Shown here in pieces: positions 24,790-37,514 of a stretch of DNA of 64,000 nt. This DNA comes from Zancudomyces culisetae HAW-14-8. Its lineage: Eukaryota; Fungi; Kickxellomycota. A program made the translations under genes and the position numbers. The notes under the pieces are model-generated. The model saw only the letters and a list, made by a program, of their open reading frames with translations. It did not search any database and was not told the origin of the DNA. The stretch lies in contig JBNJNM010000021.1 in assembly GCA_052426225.1 (NCBI GenBank), positions 1,984,001 through 2,048,000 on the forward strand, given 5' to 3'. The first letter of the stretch is position 1; each line of letters starts with the position of its first letter.

Positions 24790-26595
24790 TTAAGCGGTAG
24801 AAGAAGGCAGTAGATAATTGGATTCAAGGTTTTTGACAAGATCACCGATTTTGGCGGAATTGCGAATAAACCAATCAGCATACTTTCGACCAACTTTGTT
24901 TTCAGCAATATAAACAACATCATTATCAATGGCAAAGCCCAAATCACCAATGCTGGAGGGAAGGCCATCAAGCAAGTTGGGGCCACCAGACCATTTTAGC
25001 TGGGAGGCACGTTGCTTGAAGACAAGGAGTTGGGTGTGGAGTTCGGCAGGAGAAATGTCAAGGAAAGAGGCCAGCTTGTCGAGCTTCATAGAGGTGTAGA
25101 GACGAAGGAATGAGCGAAGGGTGGGGACAATGAGTTGGAGACTGACTTCGTGCATAAAGATTTTCATTTGGAATTCCTGAAGTTCAAAGCGATTGAAAGT
25201 TTGATTGGCATTGGAATTTGGATTTGAAGTATCAGGATTTGAAGTAGAAGTAGAGGTAGAGGTAGAGGTGGTTGGATTTGGATTAGCAGTAGAAGAAGAG
25301 AGAGAAGAAAGATAAGCGTCATAGTTTGGAGGATTTGGAGAAATGAATTTGGGGCAGGCATAGAGGAACAGTTCCTGGAAAGTGGCTAGAGAGTCATCGC
25401 CACCACGCTGCATGCGAGACTGTTGCTCGCCATACTTTTCACGGAGATGAGAGTGGATTTGTTCGTCAACACGAGTAGGCGAGAGAGCTAAACAGATAGC
25501 CATAAGCGCATACATCTGGTCAGCCTTCTTGTTGACAATGTCGAATTGGAACGAGCGGGTCTGGTACTGGCGAGTACGCAGAATAAAGGTAAGAATGTTG
25601 GCAAAGATGCGGGTGGCGTCGGAGTAGCGGCGCATCATCAAGTACGAGAAGCCGACGTAGTAATAGAGAGTCACGTGACAGGCTGGAACGCGAGTAAACA
25701 GCGCACGGTGGTTTCCAAGCTCAATGTTCTCCAGGCTCTGCAGCGCAAGGGTGTAGTCGCCCATCATGCAGTGGACACGCAACAGCCCAACCAGACTGAA
25801 GTATCCCAGCATTTTGTACAGCGAGCAGTTTCCGTACTCGCCTGCTGCCACTGTTGGGTCTTGTCCATTGACGCTTGCTTGCAATTGCTCGCAGATTTTC
25901 GACTTGGCTACCAAGCTGTACAGCACATTCAACACGCTGTGTGTGTTCCATACTGCCGTGTTGTTCTTCAACACCTCGATAGTATCTGCTGCCTTCTTGC
26001 TCAGGTTGCTTCGGTACGTGCAGAAGCTCTGGAACTGGTAAATAAACTCATCAATAATGTCCCACAGCCATTTGTTTGGCAGCTCCAGCTCTACCGGCTT
26101 CTCCGAGTTCAAAATGTGGTTGAACAAGTCGCAGTAGTTGTCAAACGACATGATTCGCTCCTCCAGGCTTGGCTGCAGATGTGAGTATATATGTCTAAAG
26201 TACATTTCCTTGTACAATATCAAAAATATCTCGTTTCCCTTAACTAGCTCCCCAATGTATTTTGCCTCTGGCCACGATGTTTTGCTATAGAATTTTTCGC
26301 TCATCTTGTTGAATTGGTACTCGTATATATGCGTAATCTTCCCTATATTGCTCTGGTCAATTGTTCGGCTAAAGTACTGTATAAAATCTCGAACTTGCGC
26401 TGGAATCTGCTCTACTCCCTCCTGCAACTGTTCCTGTGCCTTTTCATATCGCTGCTGTTTTTGTTGTTTCTTCATTTCCTCGAGCTCCTTTGCTACCTCT
26501 CCATCAACATATTCATCCATCGCTGCGTATGAATCTGCCACTACATCTACGTTGATGTATCCCGTAAGTTCGTCTTCAAAATTGTCCTGATACAT
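24790..26595 (-). CDS. EIF3L: Eukaryotic translation initiation factor 3 subunit L
   Basis: FLILYKEMYFRHIY, LELPNKWLWDIIDEFIYQFQSF, YKMLGYFSLVGLLRVH, ACPKFISP. Confidence 0.96.
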   Translation of the reverse strand: MYQDNFEDELTGYINVDVVADSYAAMDEYVDGEVAKELEEMKKQQKQQRYEKAQEQLQEGVEQIPAQVRDFIQYFSRTIDQSNIGKITHIYEYQFNKMSEKFYSKTSWPEAKYIGELVKGNEIFLILYKEMYFRHIYSHLQPSLEERIMSFDNYCDLFNHILNSEKPVELELPNKWLWDIIDEFIYQFQSFCTYRSNLSKKAADTIEVLKNNTAVWNTHSVLNVLYSLVAKSKICEQLQASVNGQDPTVAAGEYGNCSLYKMLGYFSLVGLLRVHCMMGDYTLALQSLENIELGNHRALFTRVPACHVTLYYYVGFSYLMMRRYSDATRIFANILTFILRTRQYQTRSFQFDIVNKKADQMYALMAICLALSPTRVDEQIHSHLREKYGEQQSRMQRGGDDSLATFQELFLYACPKFISPNPPNYDAYLSSLSSSTANPNPTTSTSTSTSTSNPDTSNPNSNANQTFNRFELQEFQMKIFMHEVSLQLIVPTLRSFLRLYTSMKLDKLASFLDISPAELHTQLLVFKQRASQLKWSGGPNLLDGLPSSIGDLGFAIDNDVVYIAENKVGRKYADWFIRNSAKIGDLVKNLESNYLLPSSTA

Positions 26596-27143
26596 CTTGT
26601 TCTCGTTTTTCTAATCCAATTGTTCAATGGTTCTTGCGTTTTTCTATTCAATCTTGAATTTACAATTTGATTACAATATTTTTGATTTGTGGTCCTTTTT
26701 CTTTTTACTCTACAACCTTTATTTACTAGTTTGGTTGATTAATTTTAGCAGGGTAACAAAGAAAAAAAATTTTTTTTATTGTGCCTTTAAAAAAAAAAAT
26801 TAAAAACAAACCCCTTGGTTACTTTGGTTGAGTTTGGTTGAATTTGAATTTTTTTTATTTTTATTTTTATTTTTATAATTTATTTTTATAACTTAATTAT
26901 TTCATAATATAAATCCAAATAAACAATATATACAAGAGGATCACGTTCTTTCATCTTTTAGTTTATACATTATAGAAACTTTTATAATCTTTGACTATAT
27001 TAAAACACCACAAGTCTAACTACAAATCCAAGTTACAGCTTATTTATTTTCATAATAAAAACAAAATGTCAAAAAAAAAACAAAGACAAACGTCAAAGTA
27101 GATATTTCAAAACTAAACCAAAATTTCCAGTTTTGAAACTGTA

Positions 27144-28812
27144 TTATTTTTCCTGTATCTCCATATCCTTCATTAGCTGTTGCAATTGCCTTTGTTTATC
27201 TTGTTGTTCTGCCTTTTCCTATTTCAAACACACGTACACACAATTATAAATATAAAGTAAACTCATATCACCATTTAGGAATCCAAAAATGTTTCAAAGT
27301 TTCTTACCCTTTCTTCGATTTTCTTTAATAGACTTGGTAGATAATCACTAAGTATAAATACAAATATAAATACATTATTAAATGATACATGCCGCTTTTA
27401 GTATCTCTCACAAATACATAATAACCCAATCTATCATTGTGAAATGATACAAAAAGTATATAGAAAAAAATAGAAAGTAAAGAGGAGAGATAAATACCTG
27501 AAAAATTCGTTTCTTGCCACATCAACCTTTTCAAAAAACTCATCAATACCCATCCCTGTATGCGAAGATACTCCAACAACATTCAAATTGTTGTAAAATT
27601 CTTCAAGGACTAGACACATGGAATTCATCAACGAATTCAGATACGATTCCTCTTGCATTTGCAATGCCTCCTGGAACTTTTCAAAGTCGCGCAGCCATTC
27701 GACATATGTATGATGCGAAACTATGTCCGTCTTGTTGAACACCAATATAAATGGAAGCTGACTCTTATACAATATGCTACATTTATACATTACATTTATT
27801 ATTTGTACATTTATTACCACTTTTTTGTAATTTTGTTACAGTTTGTGCTTAAAAGTGTTATTATCGACCAGTTTTTACCTGCAAGCATACAACATGTTTG
27901 ACATGAACGTCATTGGGTTTTCCGTTCTTGTCGTATCAACTATATACACTACTACCGTGGGATAGCTCGATGCCAATGTATCCGTTATAATAGACCCTGA
28001 AGCCGACCATGTAAATATTTCTATCTGTCCTGGTGTATCAATAACCACATTTCTATGTTCAAAGTAACATGCACAAGGGTTAAATTCCAATTTCTCAGAA
28101 AAATATATAAAAATAAAAGCAAACGAAAATAGAAGGTGGTGGTGTTAATGATAATAAATATATCATGTGTAGGTATAATACTTGCTTTAGTTCGGATGCC
28201 TTTTTATCAACAATATCCAAAACTTGATCAAATTTGGTTGTAAACAGATTCAATGAAGTCATAATTGCTCCATTTGGTCCCAAATCAAATCTATAAAATT
28301 TATCATTTAGCTTTGTTTTATTTTTGTTGCAATATTGAAGTAGGGGAAAAGAGGGGGGCGTGTGAGGTAGGGTGTTACTTGATGAAAGATTCGGGTAGGT
28401 TTTCAAGAACAAGAAATTTAAGAAATTATACTTACTCATTCATAACATTCTTATAATTGACTGTTTTTCTAATATCGATATTTGCTGGGTATGGCACCTT
28501 GGTAACTGCGGGATCAAGATTGATCAAGTATGGTGGGGTTTTCTGTTGGCTCAGATATGAGTTTATTCTCTATTGAAGTATTTAGCAAGTTCTTCAAGTT
28601 ACCTTTAATATCATACTTGTATATTTCAATTGTAGATATTATTTATACATTTGGTTTAGTACACATTCTTCATTTATCAATGCAAAAAGTATATATAACG
28701 AAAAAATAAAGCAAATTACTTGAACAAAGGTCGTCTTTCCGGAACCAGCCATTCCAATGACAAGCAACACTGTCGGCTTCTTCTTGATGTTTGCTTCGAA
28801 TTCCTCTGACAT
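27144..28812 (-). CDS. GPN1: GPN-loop GTPase 1 (RNA polymerase II biogenesis), multi-exon
   Basis: ATG at 28812 gives [17 protein letters not shown]; [54 protein letters not shown]; TAA at 27146-27144. Confidence 0.93.
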
Positions 28813-29288
28813 TATTGTGTTTATTTATACGGGTTATTATATTGTAATATTTGGAAACAAGTCGAGTTGAGTACAAAAAAAAATAATTAGTGGAGCTATT
28901 AAAATGTTCCTAGAATTTAAAATTAATATTGCAATTTTGATGAGTTTTGGGAGGAAGGCATTTTAAGGAAATAATGATAAATTTGCAGGAGTATTCGCCC
29001 TGGACAAACTTGGTAAATACAATTCAGCTGATTTCTTGCTAAAACGCAAAAAATATAGTTACGATTTTTGTTGGTAATACTTCCTATAACACTAAAAAAA
29101 AAAAAAAAAAATTTTTTTTGTCTCAACATTAACAAAATTACATGGTTAATAAATATGATTTATACTTGGATCAAATAAAAAATATTAAACATCACAAATA
29201 CAATAGCAAAATAATATATATATAGTAAATAGCTATTTAATTAGAATAACAGTAGACTTAGCTAAAAACCTTGTTTGAGAAAACCAAA

Positions 29289-31129
29289 ATGAAGAAAAAG
29301 ATACTTTTGAAAAAGCTGGCAGAGGTTGATGTCGGTCCAAAAGGTGAGCCATAAGCAGCTACAAGCCCTTTATAATGTTATTATATTTTTCAACCAACTT
29401 GGTTGTCCAAAAAAATTGAATAAATGATTTTATTCATTCTAAACCGGATATTCATGATTAAAATAAAATATATATAAAAATAGACGTGGATATTGAGGGT
29501 CTAGATATAGATAATGTAAACGATTCACAAAGTTCGGAATCAGGCTCGGAAATTGATGAGAAAAGGGAAAGAATATTGCAAAAAAATAGGGCTCATTATG
29601 TAAAAGTAAATGAAAGCAAGTTGAGAAAAGATTTGGATTTGGAAATCACAGACAAGAAGTATATGGGGGTTAAAGGAAGTCGAAAGGATATATACGGGGG
29701 GATGAATGAAGATTCTGAAATGATACAGAGTGACGAGGGAGAAGAAGGAGAAGATAGTGACGAAGAAGATAGTGAGGAAGAAGATAGTGAGGAACAAGAG
29801 GAAGAGGAAGAAATGGATAGTGATGATGAAAACGATAGTGAGGAAGAGGAAGATAGTGAGGAGGAGGAGGAGGATAGTGAGGAGGAGGAGGAGGATAGTG
29901 AGGAGGGGGAAGATAGTGGTGATGAAAACGATCGTGAGGCGGAAAAAATCAAAAAAGAACTCGAGTTTATTAGAGAAAACGAGGAAAAACAAAGAGAGGA
30001 AAGCAGGAGAATGGCAGAATCAGATGTTACAAAGGGAGAAAACATTATTAACCAGATAAAGTTATGGGAAAGTTGTTTGGATTTGAGAATTCGAACACAA
30101 AAGGTTGTCAAGATGGCAAATGAACTTCCATATAAACCTAGTGGAGAAGAAAAAGAGGATAGTGGAGCAAAGAAAGTGATAAAGGAGAAGAGTGAAGCGA
30201 TCAAGAGTATTGGACAGTGGGTAAACCAAATAATTGAAATCCAAGAAATGTTGATGGACAAGGATAGTGGCGTTGAAAAGATGAACAAGGAAGGTAGAAA
30301 ACGACCAGCTAGTAAGCAAGTTGTAGATATAAATGAAAGTAGTCAGAATGTGGATGAACTGGTAGATGATTTATGGGGGCGAATGGAGTTCAACAGGAAG
30401 AAATTCAAGGGGTATCGGGACGAATCGTTGATAAAATGGGATAATCGAGTGCAAATATCGTCAGGAGTTTTAAACAACAAAAAGCTCAAAGTGTTTAACC
30501 AAAACATAGTAGCACAAATCAACCAAGTTTTAACAGATAAACAAAGATTAGTAGAACGAACAAGAGTAGCAAGAAGTGATTATGATTTTGTTGAGACCAA
30601 AACCGAAATTAAAAATAATAAAGGAGATTCAGAAGAGACAGAAAACGCTGAAAGTGGCAACAATACCGGAATATTTGATGATCTTGATTTCTACCAATCA
30701 ATTCTGCGTGAACTTATTGACAGCAAGACAAACAATTCAGAAGACTCGACATCAAACGCACTGGCATTGCACGGGCTTGGGTGGGTTGCAGCAAACAACA
30801 AAAACGATGGGAAAGCCAAGAAAAAAAACAAAAACGTAGACACAAAAGCTTCGAAAGGAAGAAAAATCAGATATCACGTTCATCCAAAGCTTGAAAGCTT
30901 TATGTCACCTCAACAAGGTCCCTATCTTCTTGCCAGCACTGCTGGAACTAGTGAATCAGCGACAGCAGCACCTACTGCTGCATGGACGGAACTGCAGATC
31001 AGTGAGTTGTTTTCCACTCTTCTTGGGCAGCAACGATCCAGCTCGGCTTTGGCATCAGCACAACAAACTGCATCGAATGCCAACGTTGATGATACTGTTA
31101 GAGTTGATGATGGATTTAAACTTTTCTAA
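29289..31129 (+). CDS. BFR2: Bfr2/AATF nucleolar SSU-processome protein; exons 29289-29343 and 29484-31129
   Basis: Acidic tract, LWESCLDLRIRTQK, IFDDLDFYQSILRELI, VDTKASKGRKIRYHVHPKLESFMSP; frame-consistent GT-AG intron. Confidence 0.93.
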
Positions 31130-31761
31130 GTTTCTCTTCTCTCCTTTTATTTTTACACTCTACATTTTACATGTTACATTTTACATGTGTAAATATTTTG
31201 TTTTTCATTTTTATCCTTTTATATAATTCTATATTAACTAGAAGTGTTTATTTTCTATTTGTAAATCAAACACGGCACGTATCAAAAAAAAATATGAAAA
31301 GAAAAGGAAAAAAGGGTATATTTCTTATTAGGTAATATATATCATTTACATAAATTCCTTCTTTATGTTTATTGGTTGATAATCACACGTAGATTTTGTT
31401 TTTGGTAAATCACAAGACATTAAAAAGATAAACAGTAAAAGAAAAAAAGAAAAAGAAAAAGAAAAAGAAAACGAAAAAAAAATTTTTTTTCTCATGTTTT
31501 TCTTGATTGTAATTGACTTGAGGGGGTTGGGGGGGGTTTTAATAGGCATTTATGGGAGAGAATGAAAATGTAGTAGTAATAGTGATTTAATGCAAAAGAC
31601 TTGTACAAAATAGAAATAATTATAATAATACATATAATTATAATATAAATACTAAAAATAAAAAGTAAAACTTTTTTATACTTGTGATTATATATTTAGG
31701 TGATTTTGCAAACAAGAAAAATAGTAGAATCGATAAATAATCTAAAAGAAAAGAATAAAAG

Positions 31762-33784
31762 ATGCCAGGGGAATATAGCGCGGTACCACCACCAGATACA
31801 TTGAACCGGGTAGAAAAACCCGTAGATATCAAAGATGCAGTAGCAAAGGCCAAGCTTTTGGCAGAAAAAATGAAGCTAAAGAGATTAGAACAAGGTAAGA
31901 GATTGATGAGGTTATATGTGTATAAGGATGTATTTATTGATATGTATAAAAATTTTAAATCAAAATAGATCAAACAGAAAGTACGTCCAGTAATTCCAAT
32001 GGAGGAAATAAACGTAAATTGGATGAAGATGAAGGTTCAGAGGAAGCACGAGAAGAGCGAGAAAGAGATAGTGCAGATTATTATGAACGAACAAAGAGGT
32101 CAAAGACAAGCCAAGAAGAATACAGAACAGATAGTGAACAGCGAGATGAACAAAGGGAAGAGGACAGGAACGAAAAACGAAGAAGAGAAGGAGACCGAGC
32201 AGGCCGAGGAGAGGTCAAGTTGATAGTTTCGGTTGCGGAAGATAGACTTGCGGAATTGGTTGGTGGAGAGGGAGAAGAGAGTAAAGGAGAGAAAGTAGAA
32301 GAACTTGAAAAGAGATTTTTAGTAGAAATTGTAGTGGGTAAAGAAAAAGAAAAAGGGAGAGAGGGAGAGGGAGAAGAGGAAGAAAGAAGAGTGACAATAA
32401 TAGGAACAAGTACAGAGCAAGTGATGCAAGTCAAAGACGAAATGGAAAGGGTAGTTGGAGAAATCAAAGAAATCGAACTTTTAAAAGAAGAACGACAGGA
32501 TGAAAGAGAAAGAGAAAGAGAAAGGTATGAATCAAATAATAATGAAAGTAGAGCTACAGAACAACAATACCAACAACAATACCAACAACACTATTCTCAA
32601 CAACAACAACAGCCACAACATTATTCTCAACAACAACAGCCACAACACTATTCTCAACACCAACACCAACATCAACATCAACAGCAATACCAGCCACCAC
32701 CAATTCATGAATCAAGCAGAGGACCAAATTCACAAGGTGGATATAGAGGAGGAGGAGGAGGAGGAGGAGGATACAACAATGGACCAAACCAACAGAATGG
32801 CGACATAGTGACGGAATCATTAGAAATATCAGCGAGCATAGTTGGACTGTTAATAGGAAAAAGTAAGTTTTTTTAATTTAATTTTATATTTGTAAATATT
32901 AAACTAACCCAAGATATAAAAATAATAATAATAATAATAATAAAGGAGGAGAAAGTATAAACCAACTGAAAGCACAAGCAAACTGTCGAATGTATTTCAA
33001 CCAAGAACTCAACACAGTCACAAACACAAAGACGCTCCACGTCAGCGGCTCACCTTCTGCTGTTGCTCTTGGCAAGACGTTGATAGAAGACCGAATTATG
33101 CAGATTCCTAATGTTACTCCAGCCATTAAACAACAGTTTTATAACGACAATAATATTAACAAAACTGTTCCTCCAAATCTTGCAACCTCTCCATCATCTT
33201 CATCTTCTTATCAACAAAATCAACAACATGGTCATCATCATCATAGAAATAATTATAATAATCGTTCTCAAAATTATTATTCTCATCAACAAAACCAACA
33301 ACAACATCATTATCCTCAACAACAACATTACAATTATAATTATCAACAACAACAACAACAACAACAACAATATCCTTCTAATGATGCTGCTTGGGCTGCT
33401 TATTACTCTCAATATTCTTCAAATCCTCAACAACAATCAACTACTTCTGTTGATTCAAACAATCCAAACTCCACTGTCTCTGCTACCACTACCACTGCCT
33501 CTACTACCACTGCTGCTGCTGCCTCTACTGCTGCTGCCTCTGCTACTGCTACTCAATGGACAAATAGTCAATACGCTGCTTACTATGCTCAATACGCTTC
33601 TTATCCTGAATATGCTCAATACGCTGAATATTACAAACAATTAGCTCTTTCTGATCCAAATGGTTATCCCCCTTCCGCTACCACTAACACTAACACTAGC
33701 ACTGCCGCTACTACCTCCAACTCCAACTCTAATACTAACTCTAACTCTAATACTAATACTACTGGTGAGAATAACCAAAACTGA
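31762..33784 (+). CDS. KH-domain RNA-binding protein, FUBP/KHSRP/PSI-like; exons 31762-31894, 31969-32862, 32946-33784
   Basis: Spliced KH motif VGLLIGKRGESINQLK, an upstream degenerate KH, and C-terminal AAWAAYYSQY/YAEYY motifs as in the FUBP family. Confidence 0.8.
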
Positions 33785-34006
33785 TTTTAATTCTTTTTCC
33801 CTTTTTTTTTTCTTGTTTATTATATTATATTAATTATATTATATATATATCAAATCTATATAATTTAAATCTATATATATTGAAATCTATATATATCTAT
33901 ATAAATATATATAATATTATTATTATGAATATGAATATTTATTATTATCATTATCATTATAATCATTAATATTAATATTAATACTATCCTAATCAGTTCC
34001 AGTTAT

Positions 34007-36718
34007 TTATAAATCTAAAATCAAACAAGGCCAGTATCTACTATAATTATTATCCAATCTAACAATATCCTTCTTCCTATTCTTCTCCTTATTCTTCTTC
34101 TTTTGTATATTCGCTGTATTGGTATTATAAGTATCTAGCAATAAAGTTACTGCTTTTACATTGACTATACATGTCTTTTTTATTCCAAGTCCTATTCTAA
34201 CTTTTTCCTTTAAAATATCTCTTACTCCTACTCCTGCTCCTACCCCTACTCCTGCTCCTCCCAATTCAAATATTCCTTCCTTTGAACTTATCAAGTTACT
34301 CAAATGGTTTCTACAATATTCTAATAATTGTGATGGTTCGGATTCTTTATATAAATAATTGTAATCTGCCATATATTGTTGATACCTTGGAACAATATTT
34401 ATGTTTATAACTGAATTTGGAATTGAGTTTGGAACTATAATTGGTGCTGGGTTTGATAATGTAATAAAGTTTCGAAACCGTAAATAAAATTGTGACTTGT
34501 CCAACGTTTCCTTGTTAATACTTTCTTGACCCACAATTAATGTTGGTGGATATGGCGGTAGAATCATCTCGAGCCTTTCAAGAACCAGAAACATTACCAT
34601 ATATACACTCGACAGAATATAATACGTCTTTGTTTCCTCTACATATCCATAATTGCTCTTTTCTCTTGGATTAAAACTACCACTACCACTACTATTATTA
34701 TTACTATTACTATTACTAATACTATTGCCACTGGCTATCATGTATATCGTATTATAGTTCATATTTAAATACCAAAATATCTTGAAATATTCGTATTCCA
34801 TATACAACTCCAATTCTATCCCTTCCAGCATTACTTGATTAATCAATTCAACCTCCTTTACCAACAAATATTGCTCTACTAAAATCTGTCCCATATCCTG
34901 TCCACTTTCTCTTTCTCTTTCTCTTTCTCTTTCTCGTTCTCTTTCATCATTACCACTTTCTACCAAATTCGCCAAATTACTCTTTATAAAATCTATTTCC
35001 CCTATCAGTATATTCTTTACCCTTCTTTGCCGACTCGAATTGTGAACATACACCTTTAAATTCCCCACTATTGCCTGCGAAATTATCGGAATATACCGCC
35101 CAACCATCTTCACCAACTTTACCAGCCCCATTTCTTGCCCACCACCTGACCCTGTCCACTCCAAATACTTGCTCATATCCAGCTTCTTTATCATATCCCG
35201 AATTATATACTCTGTCACACTATACTTTCTCAACAACATTCCATTTGCATCTTCCACTTCCTGTTTTCCTCCTGGTCCTCCCCCGTACCCGTACCCGTAC
35301 CCGTACCCTTGGTTATTATTGTTCTCACCATTACTACTACACATTAAAATGGACTGCATTAGCGATCTACAATACCTATTCTTATCGTTGATTTTCCCCA
35401 CCGTTCCAAACCTCTTGTAATATTCCTCTATTTCCTCAACCCTCACTTGCATACTATTTATCACATATTGAATATCCTCCATCATCACTTTGTACTTTTC
35501 ATACGCCTCTGCACTCTCTATTTCTTTGATTTTCTTAATTGGCGAATCAATATTCAATATCATCTCTACTCTTCTATTAAGTACTCCTCCCCTTAAAGCT
35601 ATCCCCTTTTTATCTCCATCTACACCTGCTTCGTTGAATTTGTAGTATACCAACCCATCAATCATCATCATCACTCGCTCAATTCTTTGGTTTATAAGTG
35701 TCCATCGCTCTCGTGCTATTATCTCATTCACCAATCCATAGTTTTCCTCAAATATCTTGAGCGTCTCCAACTTTATCTCCAATCTTTTTATTATTTCCTT
35801 GATCATTTTCTCCTCCTCTTCCTCCTCCTCTTCCTCCTCCTCCTCCTTCTCCTTCTGCTTTTTATAATCACCCATACTACCAGCTGTAGTAACCCCACCA
35901 ACAATATTTTGCATACCATCCTCACTCAGACTCAAACTCTCAACCTCCAACCCTTCGTACTCGGATTTTCCTGCTCCCTCACTCTCAACTACCCCTTCAT
36001 CCTTATCATTACCTCGGTAATTCACCCTTTTGTCCAATAACTTATTCATATACTCGAGTGCTGCAAGTATCGCCGTTATAACCCGGGTCTGTGGCCGCAT
36101 TTCCTTCCAGTACGGCATTTCGTACCGGTGAACACTGAAATCTTCCTCTTCATATATGTTGCGCTTTTCCAGCTCGTCAATCACCATGTTCACACAATTG
36201 GCTGTTGCCAGTACAAATCCTAATAGCACGATTTTCAACAACGGATCGGTTGAGTTTACAAAGTCTGATTCGCTACTCCGGTAATAATCACACTTGTACA
36301 ATGTCTGTGCCAAGCTATCTCCATAATAATATTGCATCTCTAGCTTTGTCAATTCGTCCATAATATATAGCACTGTTTTAACATCCAAAGCCTCCCCATT
36401 TCCAGAATCATTGTCTAGTATACTCTGATCCTCAAACCTTCCTTGATTTTGATTTTGATTTTGATTTTGACCTTCGCTTTGATTGTAGGTTGTGTTTTTG
36501 TCGGTTGTACTAATTCTGTTGGTCAACCTGCTAATATGAACAGAATCGCTCGGCTTGGTTAAACCCGTATCCATTTTTTCATGCATGATTTCAATCGCTG
36601 AAGATAAGCTCAAGATGGATGTAGTCTTTTTCAGAAGAATTTCCTTGGGTCCCAAAATATGCCCCACCTGTGTAATAAACTCTGTAATATCTATCCAATT
36701 GGTATCCCCACGAGACAT
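34007..36718 (-). CDS. MAK10: NatC auxiliary subunit Mak10/NAA35
   Basis: WIDITEF, SAIEIMHEKMDTG, GDSLAQTLY, IYEEEDF, HNSSRQRR; first ATG at 36718. Confidence 0.9.
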   Translation of the reverse strand: MSRGDTNWIDITEFITQVGHILGPKEILLKKTTSILSLSSAIEIMHEKMDTGLTKPSDSVHISRLTNRISTTDKNTTYNQSEGQNQNQNQNQGRFEDQSILDNDSGNGEALDVKTVLYIMDELTKLEMQYYYGDSLAQTLYKCDYYRSSESDFVNSTDPLLKIVLLGFVLATANCVNMVIDELEKRNIYEEEDFSVHRYEMPYWKEMRPQTRVITAILAALEYMNKLLDKRVNYRGNDKDEGVVESEGAGKSEYEGLEVESLSLSEDGMQNIVGGVTTAGSMGDYKKQKEKEEEEEEEEEEEEKMIKEIIKRLEIKLETLKIFEENYGLVNEIIARERWTLINQRIERVMMMIDGLVYYKFNEAGVDGDKKGIALRGGVLNRRVEMILNIDSPIKKIKEIESAEAYEKYKVMMEDIQYVINSMQVRVEEIEEYYKRFGTVGKINDKNRYCRSLMQSILMCSSNGENNNNQGYGYGYGYGGGPGGKQEVEDANGMLLRKYSVTEYIIRDMIKKLDMSKYLEWTGSGGGQEMGLVKLVKMVGRYIPIISQAIVGNLKVYVHNSSRQRRVKNILIGEIDFIKSNLANLVESGNDERERERERERERESGQDMGQILVEQYLLVKEVELINQVMLEGIELELYMEYEYFKIFWYLNMNYNTIYMIASGNSISNSNSNNNSSGSGSFNPREKSNYGYVEETKTYYILSSVYMVMFLVLERLEMILPPYPPTLIVGQESINKETLDKSQFYLRFRNFITLSNPAPIIVPNSIPNSVININIVPRYQQYMADYNYLYKESEPSQLLEYCRNHLSNLISSKEGIFELGGAGVGVGAGVGVRDILKEKVRIGLGIKKTCIVNVKAVTLLLDTYNTNTANIQKKKNKEKNRKKDIVRLDNNYSRYWPCLILDL

Positions 36719-37514
36719 TTTCTCTTCTCTTCCTTTATTCACTTGTACACGTACGTTTTTATGTATGTATTTATTTATTGTTTATTTACGTTCTAATATT
36801 ATTGTTCTATTATTTTGTAAATATATTGTAAAGATTGGTCACGATTTACAAGGAAATTTAAAACCAGCTATTTTTATTATCATTCCTTTGTAGATAATAA
36901 TATACCAACTACAAGTTTGGGTTTTTCTTTTTATTTTTTTTATTAATCTTATTGTTGTTGTAACATTAACTTTTTGATTATTTACCTCTATTTTTATTAT
37001 CCCATCTCTATTTTTATCCAGCGTTTTTTAAATTTTTTTTACTACTTTCTTGATTGCGATTTTGTATACTTGAGTTAATAAACTAACATCAGGTGTTTTT
37101 TTTGACAATTCCGCATATCCCTCAACCCTAGACAGTTGAAAAAAATATTTTTATTTGTTACATTCCAGTGTACACATAACCAGTTGGATCAACTGGACAG
37201 ACTCATTCGCCTCATCTAAAATGCACATTTTGGTTTGTACACTCAGTATCTCTGTACATGCTGTATTATTTGCACCTGTTTCAAGCATCAGAATAAGAAA
37301 ATAACTATACACTAACTACAGTTACAAACTCCTACTTACTGTGCAAATATGATCAGAATTAGAATACACAACGAAATATACATTCTTGAATCTGTACATA
37401 CAATATTAAAATATAAATATAATGGCGCATTCTCAAACTTCAAGTGTACTTTAATTAGGCTTAAAAATAATGATAATAAAAAACATGATAAATAAAGAAA
37501 AAAAGATGCAAAGC

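Noticed and set aside
25546-26184. 212-aa + strand ORF antisense to eIF3L
   Set aside because: Shadow frame of a GC-balanced conserved gene; no recognisable motifs
29752-29935. Repeated GATAGTGA(G) units that superficially resemble a repeat-spacer array
   Set aside because: They encode the DSEEEE acidic tract of Bfr2; no unique spacers, and the context is eukaryotic, so not CRISPR
29540-30288. Ser/Phe/Leu-rich minus-strand ORFs opposite BFR2, and similar ones at 37843-38721 and 50643-52087
   Set aside because: Antisense reading of purine-rich coding or intronic sequence that lacks stop codons
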